This document shows positions 25,301 to 37,584 of a stretch of DNA of 64,000 bases, in pieces. This stretch comes from Macrostomum lignano (Eukaryota): contig NIVC01001185.1 of NCBI GenBank assembly GCA_002269645.1, forward strand, positions 186,001 through 250,000. The letters run 5' to 3'. Below the pieces are notes generated by a model. That model was not told where the DNA came from, ran no database searches, and saw nothing but the letters and a program-made list of their open reading frames with translations. The position numbers were made by a program, and so were the translations under genes. The first letter of the stretch is position 1; each line of letters opens with the position of its first letter.

Positions 25301-27229
25301 TCCAGGTGGTAGTCCCTGGCCAATCTGTGACTTTCAGTCTGCGGCTTCAACTGTTTGTGGTCACCGATAAGAATCAAATGCTCTGTGTGAGGTCCAAGAC
25401 AGGCCAACAGCTGCGGCTCGCTCACCTCGGCCGCCTCCTCCAAGATCACCACAGCTGGCTTGAGGGCATCTAGCAGCTCCTTATTGATCGAAGCTCCAGT
25501 TATCGTCATTCCAACGACGCGCATACGAGAGAGAACTTCAGCATCAGCTTCAGTATTTGTCTGCTCTATATCGGCTTCCAGCTCCATGATTCTTTCGACG
25601 AGCATCTCAATCCGCTCTTTAGTTTCCTTGCAAATCTTGTTGAGGGCGAGCTGATAAAATAGCCACTGCTCCGTATGGCTCAGTTGTGTTGGAAGTTTTA
25701 AAAGCAGGCGCTGCATGAAGTCTTTTTGGCTGCACTCTTCAATGCTGCTGTCCAGGTACAGCTGTGACTGCCTAATCAGGTCCACATTGCATCGCATCTC
25801 GTTACCAGTGCTGGGGCCGTCGTCACGAGCAGCCATCGCCAGCTGCTCCTCGCGTTCCCGGATCTCCTCACCGTCATCTTCTTCATCGTTCTCTTTGAGT
25901 TTCTGTCCGGTGGATTTGCTTTTTATTGTTTGAAGTTTAACTTTCAGATTCTGAGGTCTGTTCTCTTCTAATCCCTGCGGCAGGCTTGGCAAGCAGTATC
26001 CAACGCTTGCATTGAATGCACTATATGTTTCGGTTGTTTTTTTTATTTCCGCAAACAATCTTTCTGGTGGAACCGATTTCAAAAATTTATGAGCGTCGTT
26101 CAACGTCGCATCTCTGACATGTCCGGTTGGGGGATTGCAGTGTACAATACTGTACAACTGTCTGTAGTCGCAGGCATTTATTATTGCTCCTGCAGGGGTC
26201 TCAAAAATTTTGTTCAGGAACTCCAGGCAGCTCTTTAACTCTTCCCAGTTCTCACGTAGACGATCAAGCAATCTATTTACTGGTCGAAAAGCTTTTATTC
26301 TACTGCGCACTGCTCGTAAACTGATATTTTCTAGCCTCGTGTCTCGCGAACGACCACCGACACGCACCATGCGGTGCTCGTATTCTGGGAGCAGTTTGAT
26401 AAGAAACTCGTCTAGAGCGTGATTTTTGTAGCAGAGCACCAGTAGAGGTCTGCCTTTTAGAGTCTCCAACTGCAGCAACTGTTTTGCAATCAGAACGCCA
26501 AGCAGTGTCTTACCAGTGCCCGGCGGCCCTTGGCAGACGTAAACTCTCCTGTGAAGTGCGTTGGCAAAGGCTTCCGCCTGGCAATGGTCAAGATTAAGAC
26601 CAGCAGGGAGTTTGATAGATGGCAGAGGCGTTTTCGGCTCCTCATTATTGTAATACCTGGTTACAAAATCAGGCTCTATGCAAGCGGAATCAACCTTGGC
26701 GGATGCCAAAACATCGGCGAACGGCACGCAGTCAGCTGAGAGGCTCTGCAGACTCGCCAAGACGGGTTGGAAGGCCCGGAACATTGATGGCGACTCCAGC
26801 ATCAGCATGCCGGATGAAGCGGCCGTTGAATTCACCAGCATTGTGACCAGCGCCTCTCCAACTGACAACCTGGATCTCTCTGGCTTGCACGGTTGAATCC
26901 AGACCAGCCGCTCATTTTTGGTCAGTTCATCCTGTCGCTTTTCGACCACAGTGGCCCAGAAATATTGACTAAACTTTTCATCCAGTGACAGGCAGAGTAG
27001 GTTGCCCTGCATCAGATGAGACGACTTGGACCAGTTAGAAGGACCCTTGTCTTTAGCCGGCAAGTCAAAGGTGACAGCGATGCGAAGGGCAGCGCCTCTA
27101 GTGGCAACCTTCACGGCAGCCACCTTGACGTTGAGGTACAGCCGAAGGCCAGAGTCCTTGGACAGCTTGCCGGACTTTACCTGTTTCATGCATTCGTGAA
27201 ACTTGTCGAAGCAGTCCGCTCGCAATAAA
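22354..27229 (-). CDS. ZNFX1: ZNFX1-like SF1 helicase + NF-X1 zinc fingers + two PARP-like ART domains, last exon
   Basis: UPF1-like motifs GPPGTGKT (~26506-26535), LEEAAE, LIGDHKQL, QNRM, TIDLYQGDE and VAQSRAR; Cys/His NF-X1-type repeats (~23640-24520); two FHGT...GIYF PARP signatures; ttcag|T acceptor at 27230/27229. Confidence 0.9.
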
Positions 27230-27445
27230 CTGAAATGAAATGAGTTTTTTTCAAACTATGACTCTGACTGCCCTCTCATGCTTTGAATTGAGAGCCTAAA
27301 TGAAGTGCGAATGAAGTACTGGCAATGCTGGAATTTTGGGCGCCCCCTATCGAAGTTTCCAATAGATTTTTTGGTGACTGCTGAGGGCCGATAAATACAC
27401 AAACCGGCTCCAAAATCTGCCACAAAAAATCAGGTACCAGCTCAC

Positions 27446-27851
27446 CCGAGCATGGTCTCAATGTACTCCTCGACAGTGCGGTAGGCTCCAATCTCCAGAG
27501 CTGGTTGCAGACCGGCCAGCCAGTTGGACGTTTTCATTTGAGTCCCGTCTACTGCGGATGAAACTAATTTAGACTCCGCAGTGAGCTCCGCGTAGCTGGG
27601 CAGAATGCCTCCCCTGCCAGCGGTTTTTAAAGCAGCTTGTTGACGGCGCTGCAGTTCGACACTGACTGTCAGCATCTCTAGCAAAATCGAATGACACCGG
27701 CGTTGCTGATCCTCTTCAGCATCCTCTTCAACTGGATCGATTACGGTAGTCAGACTCTGCGCCATTGGAAGCAACACGCGGTCAAGGACAGACGCGTCTT
27801 TGGCGCACGTCAGTCTGGCTAGCTCGCCAAAGAGCTTGTGAGCAGCACTCG
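27446..27851 (-). CDS. ZNFX1: ZNFX1-PARP gene, internal exon
   Basis: ttccag|CG acceptor and GG|gtgag donor; LPSYAEL...YRTVEEYIETMLG|LLRADCF matches the ZNFX1 pre-helicase segment as I recall it (P.Y.E...YLDTHFRLLREDF). Confidence 0.75.
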
Positions 27852-28028
27852 CTGGAAGGATTAATCGAGTAGAGAGAGAGAGAGTTGGTAATTTGCAGCT
27901 CACACAAAGCACCTTCTAACATAAAACCACTACTTCAGTTCTCTAATAGCTACTTTTTTCTCTATAACATGACACTACAGTAAGAGTGCTTATTTTATTG
28001 CTATAACTTTCTTGAACCCCTTCCTTAC

Positions 28029-29621
28029 CGTTCTGTTTTGTTTTTAAATCCATAGATTCGCCTGATGCAGACGCTTCTACGCGGGATATTGACTCAGACT
28101 TCTTAGTATGTTCTGAGTCGGTAATAGCCATGCTCATGTCCCTATTTTCAGGCTCTGTTTTATCCTGAAATGAACATATCGGCTCTAAATGTTGTTCCTT
28201 GCCCGTTGTTGCCATTTTTACTAATGGCATCATAAGCTGGCGTAGTCGCTCTGGATTCATCAGCTTTTCGAGGATCCAGTCGTACGCTGGGTCCCAGCTG
28301 CATCGATGGAATCGACGGCAGCGGCGCCGCAAAGCCAACAGAAATCGACCAATAGCAGAGCTCAACACGTAGATGAAGTCCACTGTCAGCAGTTGGCCCC
28401 ATACGATCTCCAGATTGCCGATATCATTGACCTTCGCCTTCAAGCCCGAGCTTTCCAGATGGCGACGCGTTGCATCAACGAATGTCAGCCACTCTTCGGG
28501 ACTGCGCTGAGACAGCTGAAATAGTCGGACGCTTTCGATTGCGCCATCTTCATCACTATCTGTTTCGTCGTCAGAATCTTTCTTTTTGCTTCTAGTTTTT
28601 TTAAATGTAACCTTTAGAACGTCCTTAACTTTTGGTTCAAGAAAGCCGTAGCCCACATTGAGATGGGATATGTGCTCTTCGCGACTGATTGGAACAACAT
28701 AACGTTCGTTTGGCTTCTCGTCAATAATAAGAGCGCCGAAACCTTCGGATGACCATGCTATTATGTCGGCCATGACGCTGCTATTTTTTAATTTCGAACG
28801 CTGTCTATTAACGATAGCGGAATCAGAAGAGCATTGACCCTGCGATACCGAAGGCAAAGGTGAGTGCGAAGGCAATTTCGGTGGCAAACGTGTTTGGTCT
28901 TCCGATGGAGAGCTGTGACGGAGCCACCACTTAGGACGCTTTCCTAAACGATCATGCGCTGTTCTCCGGTGTGGCTGCAGCTGGGAAAGCTCCGGTGGTG
29001 GCGACAATCGCGAACGAGAACGTTTTCGGTTATTCTGCAGCGACAAGGGTTCCCTCCTTTCTGAGCCATATGAACTTTCACCTTGGTCTTCCGGAATTGG
29101 CGGTGATTTTGACTGGCGGATGTAGCATTCTGGTAATGGCCAATGTTGAAGAGGCGGCCCCAGACGTTTCGATAGCGAAAAGCGTAAAGGTGGCAAAGAT
29201 AAGGTAGAAGCGGCGATTTGTTGCTGGTCCAGACTCTGTGATATTGGTGGCGTCATCAAGCTTTTCGCATCGTGGTTATCTTCACTTATTTTAACTCTCT
29301 CGTCTTCCTCGAAGGGTTCTGTGCGGGTCTCTGGAATTTCAAAGTACGTGTCCTCCAACTCAACGGCGTCGACTATCTCGCAGTAGTCTTCTGTCGAGAG
29401 GCTTTCGCAGTTGGAAACAGCGTCGATAGGCTTTCGAGTGGTGCTGCACGAACTAGCAGGTTGAAGTAGCCGACGACAATGCAGTAGCGAGAGCAAATCA
29501 TTATCTGACTGTGAGGGCGCCAGTTCTCGAGCCATGGGCAGCAGTTTGCAGTTTAAGACAGTTTCGTCTTTAGAGCAGATCAGCCTGGTCAACGGGCCGA
29601 GGATCTGCTGGTCGGCGTTCT
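28029..29621 (-). CDS. ZNFX1: ZNFX1-PARP gene, internal exon (RS/P-rich linker plus N-terminal module copy 2)
   Basis: ccag|AG acceptor and AACG|gtaag donor, both phase 1, in a long open frame. Confidence 0.7.
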
Positions 29622-30149
29622 CTGGTTTGAATAAACGAGGAGCAATGGTTCCAGAATAATAGAACTGCAGATTTCACAGATTAACATTATCACAGTCCCC
29701 CCATGGACTTAAAACGCATTGGCAGTCTAGGAAACCACGTGAAATCTTAAAAAATCAACAATTTGTCTTAGTTTGGCTTGCATTTTCCTCACTAGGGGCT
29801 TTAGTTTGCCAGAAGTTACCCTGCATCCGATTTGGGCAAAGGAAAAATACCCATGAACCCTTAGAATATCACAATTACCCAATGAGAATGAAATTTGAGC
29901 AATCGCTATTGAGCTTCGGCAATATTGAGAACCTACTTTGGGCCGTTGTGGCATTCCAGCAACACCTCAGCGATCAAATTTTGACTCCTTAGCAACCTAA
30001 TTTGAGTAGTGGTATCTTAGATAATACACTAAGACAGACGCTACAAGACAGGTGTTAACATAACAAGACTAAATATCCACTTTCCATAACAGGCAGCTAC
30101 CCTGTTGAAATTAGTCACAGATTATAGACATTGCAGCATACTCGCTTAC

Positions 30150-30876
30150 CATTCTCTTCATTCGCCACAGCTGCCACTTTTACTTGCTTTAAGTTGATTG
30201 CTCTTAGCAGCAGCGGTTTCATAAGCCGGCTGAGACAGTCGCTCAGCATCAGTTGGTCCAGCAACCAGTCGAATGCCGAGTCCAAGCTATATTGACGAAG
30301 CTCGCGACAACGGCTTCTCAAAGCCAACAGAAATCGACCAATAGCAGAGCTCAACACGTAGCTGAAGTCTGCTGTCAGCAGTTGGCCCCATACGATCTCC
30401 AGATTGCCGATATCATAGATGCTGGCATTCGAGCCCGAGCTTTCCAGATGGCGACGCGTTGCTTCAACGAATGTCAGCCACTCTTCGGAGCTGCGCGGAG
30501 ACAGCTGAGAGAGGCGGACGCTCTCGATTGCGTACCGGTCAGTAGCGGCTTTACAGTACTCGCCCTTCTCTGCCTTATCGACAAGTTTCACTTTTAAAAC
30601 ATCCTTTGCCTTAGGCACGAGTGCACCGTACCCGACGCTTGGCAGGGAGAGATGCTCGCTGTAGGTAATTGCCAGGGGAACAATAGCATTCGACAAGTCC
30701 ACAGCGATAACGCCTCTGTCCTGACAAAATCTAGCAATAACGGCATTGTTAAGCGAGTCAAACTCTGCGCTGCCAACGCTTGCGCCTCCTTCAGCCGAGC
30801 TTGACTGGTCAAGGACCGTGGATTGTGCACCGCTCGAATTGGGCTCTTCTCCGCGTTGTAGACGCCTGGCCAGCGG
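30150..30876 (-). CDS. ZNFX1: ZNFX1-PARP gene, first identified exon (N-terminal module copy 1); start exon not found
   Basis: ctgcag|CCG acceptor and AATG|gtaag donor; the four exons sum to 7602 nt (2534 codons including stop) in one frame. Confidence 0.65.
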
Positions 30877-31174
30877 CTGCAGGTGAAAATTTCCAAACGA
30901 AAACTTCAAGTCAAATTTTCAGAATCGAAATTTCAGGAATGCGAAGTGGGTTAACAAGGACCACTAGAAGTTACGAGCTCGTGCCATTGTATCAGGATCT
31001 AACACTCATAAATATTTTAATTGTATTAAGGCTCGCTTGTTTACGCGTATTCAGAGAGCTCGATTCTATTCAATTGTTTAAATCAAGCTTTGACGTACCA
31101 CATCTTGATACAACGGTAATTTCTAGTGGTTTCATTGAAATAAAAAATACCAGCTAGTAAAAAGGGGTGGGTTT

Positions 31175-31560
31175 CACAAACGCGAAATTCCATAACCGCT
31201 AAAAGCACTTACTTTCATAAACGGAAACTTCACAAACGCGAAACTTAGCTATTTTTTGCAGTCACTTTCATAAACGCGAAACTTCACAGCCGCTAAATGT
31301 CATCTACTTTCACAACCGCGAAACTTCACAACCGCTAAAATTTGTGCACTTATTTTCATATGGACTATGCCGGCAGTCTTTTTAGCGGTCGTGAAGTTTT
31401 GCGGTTGTGAAAGTAGGGACATTTAGCGGCCGTGAAGTTTCGCGGCCGTGAAGTTTCGCGGTTGTGAAGTTTCGCGGTTGTGAAGTTTCGCGGTTGTGAA
31501 GTTTCGCGGTTGTGAAGTTTCGTGTTTATTAAAGTAAGTGATTTAGCGGTTGTGAAAGCA
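31175..31560. repeat. Foldback-type element of inverted short-unit arrays
   Basis: AAACTTCACAACCGCG-like units at 31175-31340 mirrored by CGCGGTTGTGAAGTTT units at 31385-31560. Confidence 0.75.
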
Positions 31561-32173
31561 AGCCGTAAAAAGTAACCAATATTAAGTAAAGCTCACCGTT
31601 TTATACGAAGAATTCTTACTGACTGAGCCGCCTAGAGGCACTCTGCTTTTGTAGTATTTTTTACGTTTTCCCATTCTGAATATCAGTTAACTAGTATTAT
31701 TAGTTTTGTAATGCATTGTATACATCGGAATAACTATCTAGAAGGCACAATGGTTTATTCTAGCGACAGAAAGAGCGACGGGCTTTATGTAGAATTCTAC
31801 TTCTACTCGTAGCTGTCTGCCCTCACTGTACACAAGTGCGCGGGCCCAGTGAATGCACACGTCTGTACAGAAACACTGAGAGCATGGCAGGGTCTGGACT
31901 GAATTTCCAGGAAATTTTTAGAGTACACTCGTATTATTAGCATTTCTTGGAAAAAATGTACGATGAAACATTCCTAGATAAACCACCGAATATGCATAAT
32001 TCTCTACTAACTAGACCTTAGGGCCACATTATTTTTGTTACCTATAACGATAAGTTTTGTCTTCTTTGCTCTATTTACTTGTAATTTGCTAAGCATAGTG
32101 ATAATCTATCAGCTGAGGAATCGGACACATACTAGAGGAGTAATGGAGGATGGTACATGTAATAGCTCGTGCG

Positions 32174-32635
32174 TAGGGATTGCCAAATCCCGGTTTTTGC
32201 GATCCCGGGATCCCGGGATTTAATCCCAGGATCAGAAAAATACTTATTTTTAAGCTTCAGGGTAGAAATTTGAAGGCAAAATATGCGCTAAGCGTTTTTT
32301 TGCTTCTATTTTTCATTTTTATAGAGTTAATGCCATATTTGGAGATGAAAAACAGCAGCATTCTCTTCTGACGTTTTTAATAAGTAGTATAGAAGTACTA
32401 ATTAGTAGTAAAGAAGCAAATCAAATATCAAAATTTACATTGGAATAAATTTCACATTTAAATATGTGATGTTGGGTTTAAAAAGGCGCCACGCGACGTG
32501 AGGTAATTAACGGAAATTAGCGCAATACATATTATAAAATAGTTGTGAGCGTAATTATGTTCATATTACAACACTTTTAATCACAAAAATTTGTCCCGGG
32601 ATTCGGGATCCCAAATCCCGGGATTGCAATCCCTA
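32174..32635. mobile_element. hAT-like MITE
   Basis: Termini TAGGGATTGC / GCAATCCCTA, subterminal ATCCCGGGAT palindromes, 8-bp TSD CTCGTGCG (32166-32173) / TTCGTGCG (32636-32643). Confidence 0.8.
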
Positions 32636-33393
32636 TTCGTGCGGTGTACGTTCTAGAGAATCGGGACGACACTTTGCCACAGAGATTATCCTCAGTCTCT
32701 CTACGCTCTTCACTGAGTCTGAAGTCGATTCCTGTGTCTTCCATAGTCCGTGCTGGTCCCTATCCCATGTGTATAATCCTGTTCACTACTGGTGCTTGAT
32801 CCCGTTTAAAAACGATAAAAACCTTGAAAACCTTAATAATTTAAAAAACCCTAATTTAGCAACGTCAGCTATATTGCATACTTTAGGCTACTAACAGTAG
32901 TGACATACAACACTTATAGATAGACTATACCAGTTTTGCGTTAAAGTTTTAATATTGGCCAAACGCGGCCAACATTACTTGCAGGTACTTCAAATAGCTA
33001 GGACTGGGCGATTTTTGAGTGTCTTTGCATTCAGAGCTGCATCATGTGCTGTGTCAATCACTCTTCACAGCTGGAGGGGAGAAAATTTCTCATTTCTCAA
33101 GTCTTCAGGCAAGCAGAAGCTCGTTGTCAGGATTTCTCCGTCTAGAGCCGATAAAACTTCTTCGGCATTCCTAGCATACTAGGCTAATGCGATTGACAGA
33201 AGGAAGCCGAATTGCCCATCAAACCCGAATTCCCGGCCAAGCCTTGATACACGATACATGACAATTAAACCTATTCATGGGAGCAAACACGACTCGATAA
33301 TAGATAGAAGTGCAAGCCCTGTCGCTCATCAAAAAGCAGCAGGATATATGGCTTCTAAAACCATACAGGGACACACAAGTAAAAAGCAAACCC

Positions 33394-34260
33394 ATGACAC
33401 CAAACAGCCCAATTGTTGTTTCGTTACTGCTGCCGCTGCTGCTGCTGAGCCGCCCCGCCGCCTGCTGCAGGCAGCGAGTCGCCTTCCACCCGATCCTCAC
33501 CTCTAACTGCGTGTCCCCAGCTCACTACCAGCTGCTCGACCTTGACATCGCAGCCTGTGCGCTTCGCTGTGGAGCGGCTCCGAGATGCAGAGCCTTCGCC
33601 ATGGAGGCTGCGGCGGCCCCCTCGAACCGGCAGCTCTGCCTGCTGTTCGCCTTCGACGCCTGCAGCTCGCGACTGCTGCTCAATCCCAGCTCGATGGCGA
33701 GCAGTCGCTGCAACAGCAGGAGGCTTCGAGTCTTCGTCAAGCGGTCGGAGGGTCTCGAGCCGGGCCGGCTCTGTCCCGCCGACTATCGCTGGGTGCCCGG
33801 CGTCAGCGGCAGCCGCTTCAAGGGCTCGCTGTACAAGGCTGCTGGGAACGGGCAGGAGGCCGACTGGAGCGCTCAGGCCGACAGCTGCCGGAGCTTCCTG
33901 ACCACCTCGGACGGGTCCACCATGCCGCTGACGAAGCTCGCCGACCTGAGCAGCGTCGAGGAGCTCCATGATATGAGGGCGTCAACTGGCCTTACTATCT
34001 ATAACACCAGCCAACAGATCTGGGTTGGCGCCTTGAATCTGGCCAACGGCAGCTGGGCGTGGGCGGACTGCGGCTGGCCGCTGCCGATTCTGGACACCAG
34101 CAGCGGCAGACTCTGGAGCCCTAGCGAGCCGAACAATAAAATTGTTTCTACAAATCGCGCTAGAATCATAGACGCTGCTCTGTTTGACAATCCGGGTTCA
34201 AATCTCTATCATGCAGCCTGCGAATGCGTTGATCCGTTTCTGAATTTCACAATGGGTTGA
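33394..34260 (+). CDS. Secreted PAN/apple + C-type lectin domain protein, 288 aa
   Basis: Signal-like MTPNSPIVVSLLLPLLLLSRPAAC; PAN-type CALRC...CRAF...CLL; CTL motifs W...ADSC, LADLSS.EE, IWVG, W.W.D and W.PSEPNN. Confidence 0.8.
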   Translation: MTPNSPIVVSLLLPLLLLSRPAACCRQRVAFHPILTSNCVSPAHYQLLDLDIAACALRCGAAPRCRAFAMEAAAAPSNRQLCLLFAFDACSSRLLLNPSSMASSRCNSRRLRVFVKRSEGLEPGRLCPADYRWVPGVSGSRFKGSLYKAAGNGQEADWSAQADSCRSFLTTSDGSTMPLTKLADLSSVEELHDMRASTGLTIYNTSQQIWVGALNLANGSWAWADCGWPLPILDTSSGRLWSPSEPNNKIVSTNRARIIDAALFDNPGSNLYHAACECVDPFLNFTMG

Positions 34261-34624
34261 TGAAACTTGAGACGCGAGACTTGCAAACAGTCGGATGCAA
34301 TAACATTTGAGTAAACAGTAATCAGAGAATATATTTTCTGTTCTCCATCGAATTCTCACATAGACCAAGCTCACTGGCAATGCTTGCAACTGTCAAACGC
34401 CTTTTCAACCTTCCCGCTCGCTGGCAAGTTTATTTATTTGCCAATTCTATCTCTTTGAATGCACGTTTGATAATTAAATACCAAATATCAGAACTACAGG
34501 CTTACTTGAGAGCTTTATTATTATCATTTTGTTATCTGGCACTTGCCAAGTCTTGCTCCGATCTCAGCTCTTAGAAAAACCAAAGAAAAAACGAAACAGA
34601 ACACTTAACAGTGTGGGCGTCGAA

Positions 34625-34985
34625 GGGGCCCATCACAAGCTCGAAAAGTCATAAGCTCGAAAAGTCACATCCTCGAAAACTGATTTAGCAACCACCATCA
34701 CAAGCTCGAATAGGGTTAGGGTTAGAGATTGTGCCTTAGGGTTAGGGTTTAGGTTAGGGTCGGGGTTAGAAATTGTGCCTTTAGGGTTAGGGTTTAGGGT
34801 TAGGATATGGTTGGGGTTAGGGTTAGTGCCTTGGGGTCAGGGTTAGAGCTTGTGCCTTTTCGAGCTTGTGATGATGGTTTCTAAACTTTTCGATGATGCG
34901 ATTTTTCAAGCTTGTGACTTTTTGAGCTTGTGATGGAGCCTTGTTTTCGGCGATGTGATTTTTCGAGCTTATGATGGCGACCCGG
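34625..34985. mobile_element. Small inverted-repeat element with TTAGGG-like core
   Basis: CCATCACAAGCTCGAAAA repeats at the left end, TTTTCGAGCTT(G/A)TGATGG repeats at the right end, GGTTAGGGTTAG runs at 34712-34845. Confidence 0.7.
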
Positions 34986-36508
34986 CGTCGCCACCGGGAG
35001 GGTGACAGTGGGACATTGTCCGGCCTAGTAAAAGCTTAAGGGGGCATGCCAATGCTTTGTCCTCCCCGCCTTATACTTTGTGACCCGCAATGGAAATCGG
35101 TAATTTTGCTTCAGGGCACTTGCAGCGCCAAAATGAGTGCTAACTGCAGCGATTCCCAAAATAATATAGGAATTTAATCATGTAGAATTCTTGGCTTTGT
35201 CCCCTCCCCACCATAGAATCCATGGCAACGCCCCTGAGATGATCAACTGAAAAACAAGGGCTACTAAATGTCCTTCTGTTTTATGTTACTTTAGTCGTCC
35301 TTGCTGAAAAACATGATTCATTTTACTATGCACAACAATATTCAGTCTAACTCCTGATAACCGCAGTTATCATTGTAAATAATGGTGAAGCCTCCCCCTT
35401 TGATGAAATTTATAGTGCAGTTCGAGAAATGAAATGAAAGTGTTTGTCGATGTCGGAACACATTGTATCCTGCATCTTTGAGCTTGGCAATGGTAGACTG
35501 TATAGTGTGTTGTGGAGTTGAATAATGGCCAAAATACGAGTGCGCGTAGCAGTGTCTCTTGGTGTTCCCCCTTGTCTCTTACATACAGGTGGTCTTCGGT
35601 CGGTCGGTGGGTGGGCGTCGAAGAGGATCGGCAAGAGTTCAGCTGCTGTCATTCGTCCAGCTTGGTTATACCACTTTTGTTTTAGTTTTTAGAGGAGCGC
35701 CACTTTTGTGGGGTGGGGGGGGATTTAGAGGACCTCGACCCCTGCTGCCTGTGTGTACGCCACTGCTGAATGTAGAGACTTTGTGGGAGTCCAGTAATTA
35801 TTGGTTGAAAAATTCTCGCTTTTTTGAAAATATACTTGTTCAAAAGTTTATTTCTCATCAATTTTAGCCCCTGACTAGCAATCTACGCCCCCCCGTTGGG
35901 GAGCCAAAGAAATGCAATACACGTATTTTTAATAAGCTACATGTAGCCTTGAAATCTTAAAAAATCTCCTGTCAAAATTCTAACCCTAACCCTAACCCTA
36001 ACCAAAACCCTAAATTCAATATTTTGTCCATGAGTTTTTGCATGATCGATGCTTCTATGATTTTTGGCATGACGCTTCCATTGTTTTTGCATGACGCTTC
36101 CATTATTTTTGCATGATGCTTCCATGATAAACATTTTTAATAAGCTAAATGAGCCAAGTTATAAGCTACCCTAACCCTAACCCTAACCCGAATCTTACCG
36201 CAATAACGCTGAACCTAACCCTAATACCAACCCTAACACTAACCCTACAGCCTGACATCTGCATAAGTTTGTGAAGAGCTAGTAGTATTTTTTAGCTTAG
36301 TATCTTACCGTTAGGGAGCCAAAAATACAGTACAAGTTTTGTATTAAACTACATGTAGCATCTCTTTGCAATATACCTCAGAAGTCCCTTGTAAGCCTTG
36401 AAATGTCAGTAATTCCCCCCCACAAGCTTTAACAAATCAACTCCCCCCCTTGACATCACAGCGATGCCCCAAATAAGCCTTGAAGTCTAAAAAAAATCTG
36501 TCAACCTT

Positions 36509-36760
36509 CTAACCCTAACCCTAACCCTAGCCTAACCCTAACCCTAACCCTAGCCTAACCCTAACCCTAACCCTAGCCTAACCCTAACCCTAACCCTAGC
36601 CTAACCCTAACCCTAACCCTAGCCTAACCCTAACCCTAACCCTAACCCTAGCCTAACCCTAACCCTAACCCTAGCCTATCCCTAACCCTAACCCTAGCCT
36701 AACCCTAACCCTAACCCTAGCCTAACCCTAACCCTAACCCTAACCCTAACCTAACCCTAA
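36509..36760. repeat. Interstitial telomere-like (CCCTAA)n array with periodic CCTAG variant
   Basis: Mostly 23-nt higher-order units TAACCCTAACCCTAACCCTAGCC, some 29 nt; shorter runs near 35980 and 36170-36245. Confidence 0.9.
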
Positions 36761-37584
36761 AGCATTGTAATTTCAGTAATTCTGAGTCATTATAGCACTA
36801 CTACAGCATTATAGCGATTCCCTGCAAGCCTCGACATCGTAGGGATTCCCAAATGAATCTCTTAACTTTGACATGAAGCTTCTTTTTTTTACACTATGCT
36901 TTTTCTATCAGCGAGCCCTGAGGAGCCAACAAAAAATGTAATAAAAAGTTTTCAATAAACTACATGTAGCTTCTGACTTTAGCCTTGAAATCTCATTTAT
37001 ACCCCCGTGAGCCTTGACATCTCAGCTATTCCCCCTGTAAGCCTTGACATGTCAGCGATGCCCCCCATAAATCTTGAAATCTAAAAAAATCCGCTGTTAA
37101 CCTTGAAACCCGATAAAATCTAACCCTCAACCCACACCTGACCTAAACCTAACTTTAACCCAACCTAAAGCCTTGAAATCTCAGCAATTCTTCTCCTCTA
37201 AGCCTTGGCATTTTAGTGTTTCCTTCTTTAAGAATCACAGCACTATAACGATTTCCACCAAGCTTTGACATCGTAGCAATTCCCAAATGAATCTTTTAAC
37301 TTCGACATGACTTTTCTTATATGTATACATAGTGCTACTTTTATTTTTTACATGACTCTGCTTCTATCAGCGCCCCCCCTGTGGCGAGCCAACAAAGAAT
37401 GTAATAAAAATTGAGTAAAGTACATGAACTTTGAAGTAGCTTCTGACTTTTGCTTTGACATCTCAGAAACACCCCCCCCACCTGTAATCTCAGTTATTCT
37501 CTGTGAGCCTTGACGTCTCAGTAATTCTCCCCAGCACAGCACTGTACTATGGCTTCATTTAATTTTTATATGACACCTTTCATG

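Noticed and set aside
27276-27491. 71-aa minus-strand ORF next to the helicase exon
   Set aside because: It lies mostly in the 216-bp intron 27230-27445 and is out of frame with the spliced gene.
36509-36760. True chromosome end
   Set aside because: The array is short, internal, variant-rich and flanked on both sides by ordinary sequence.
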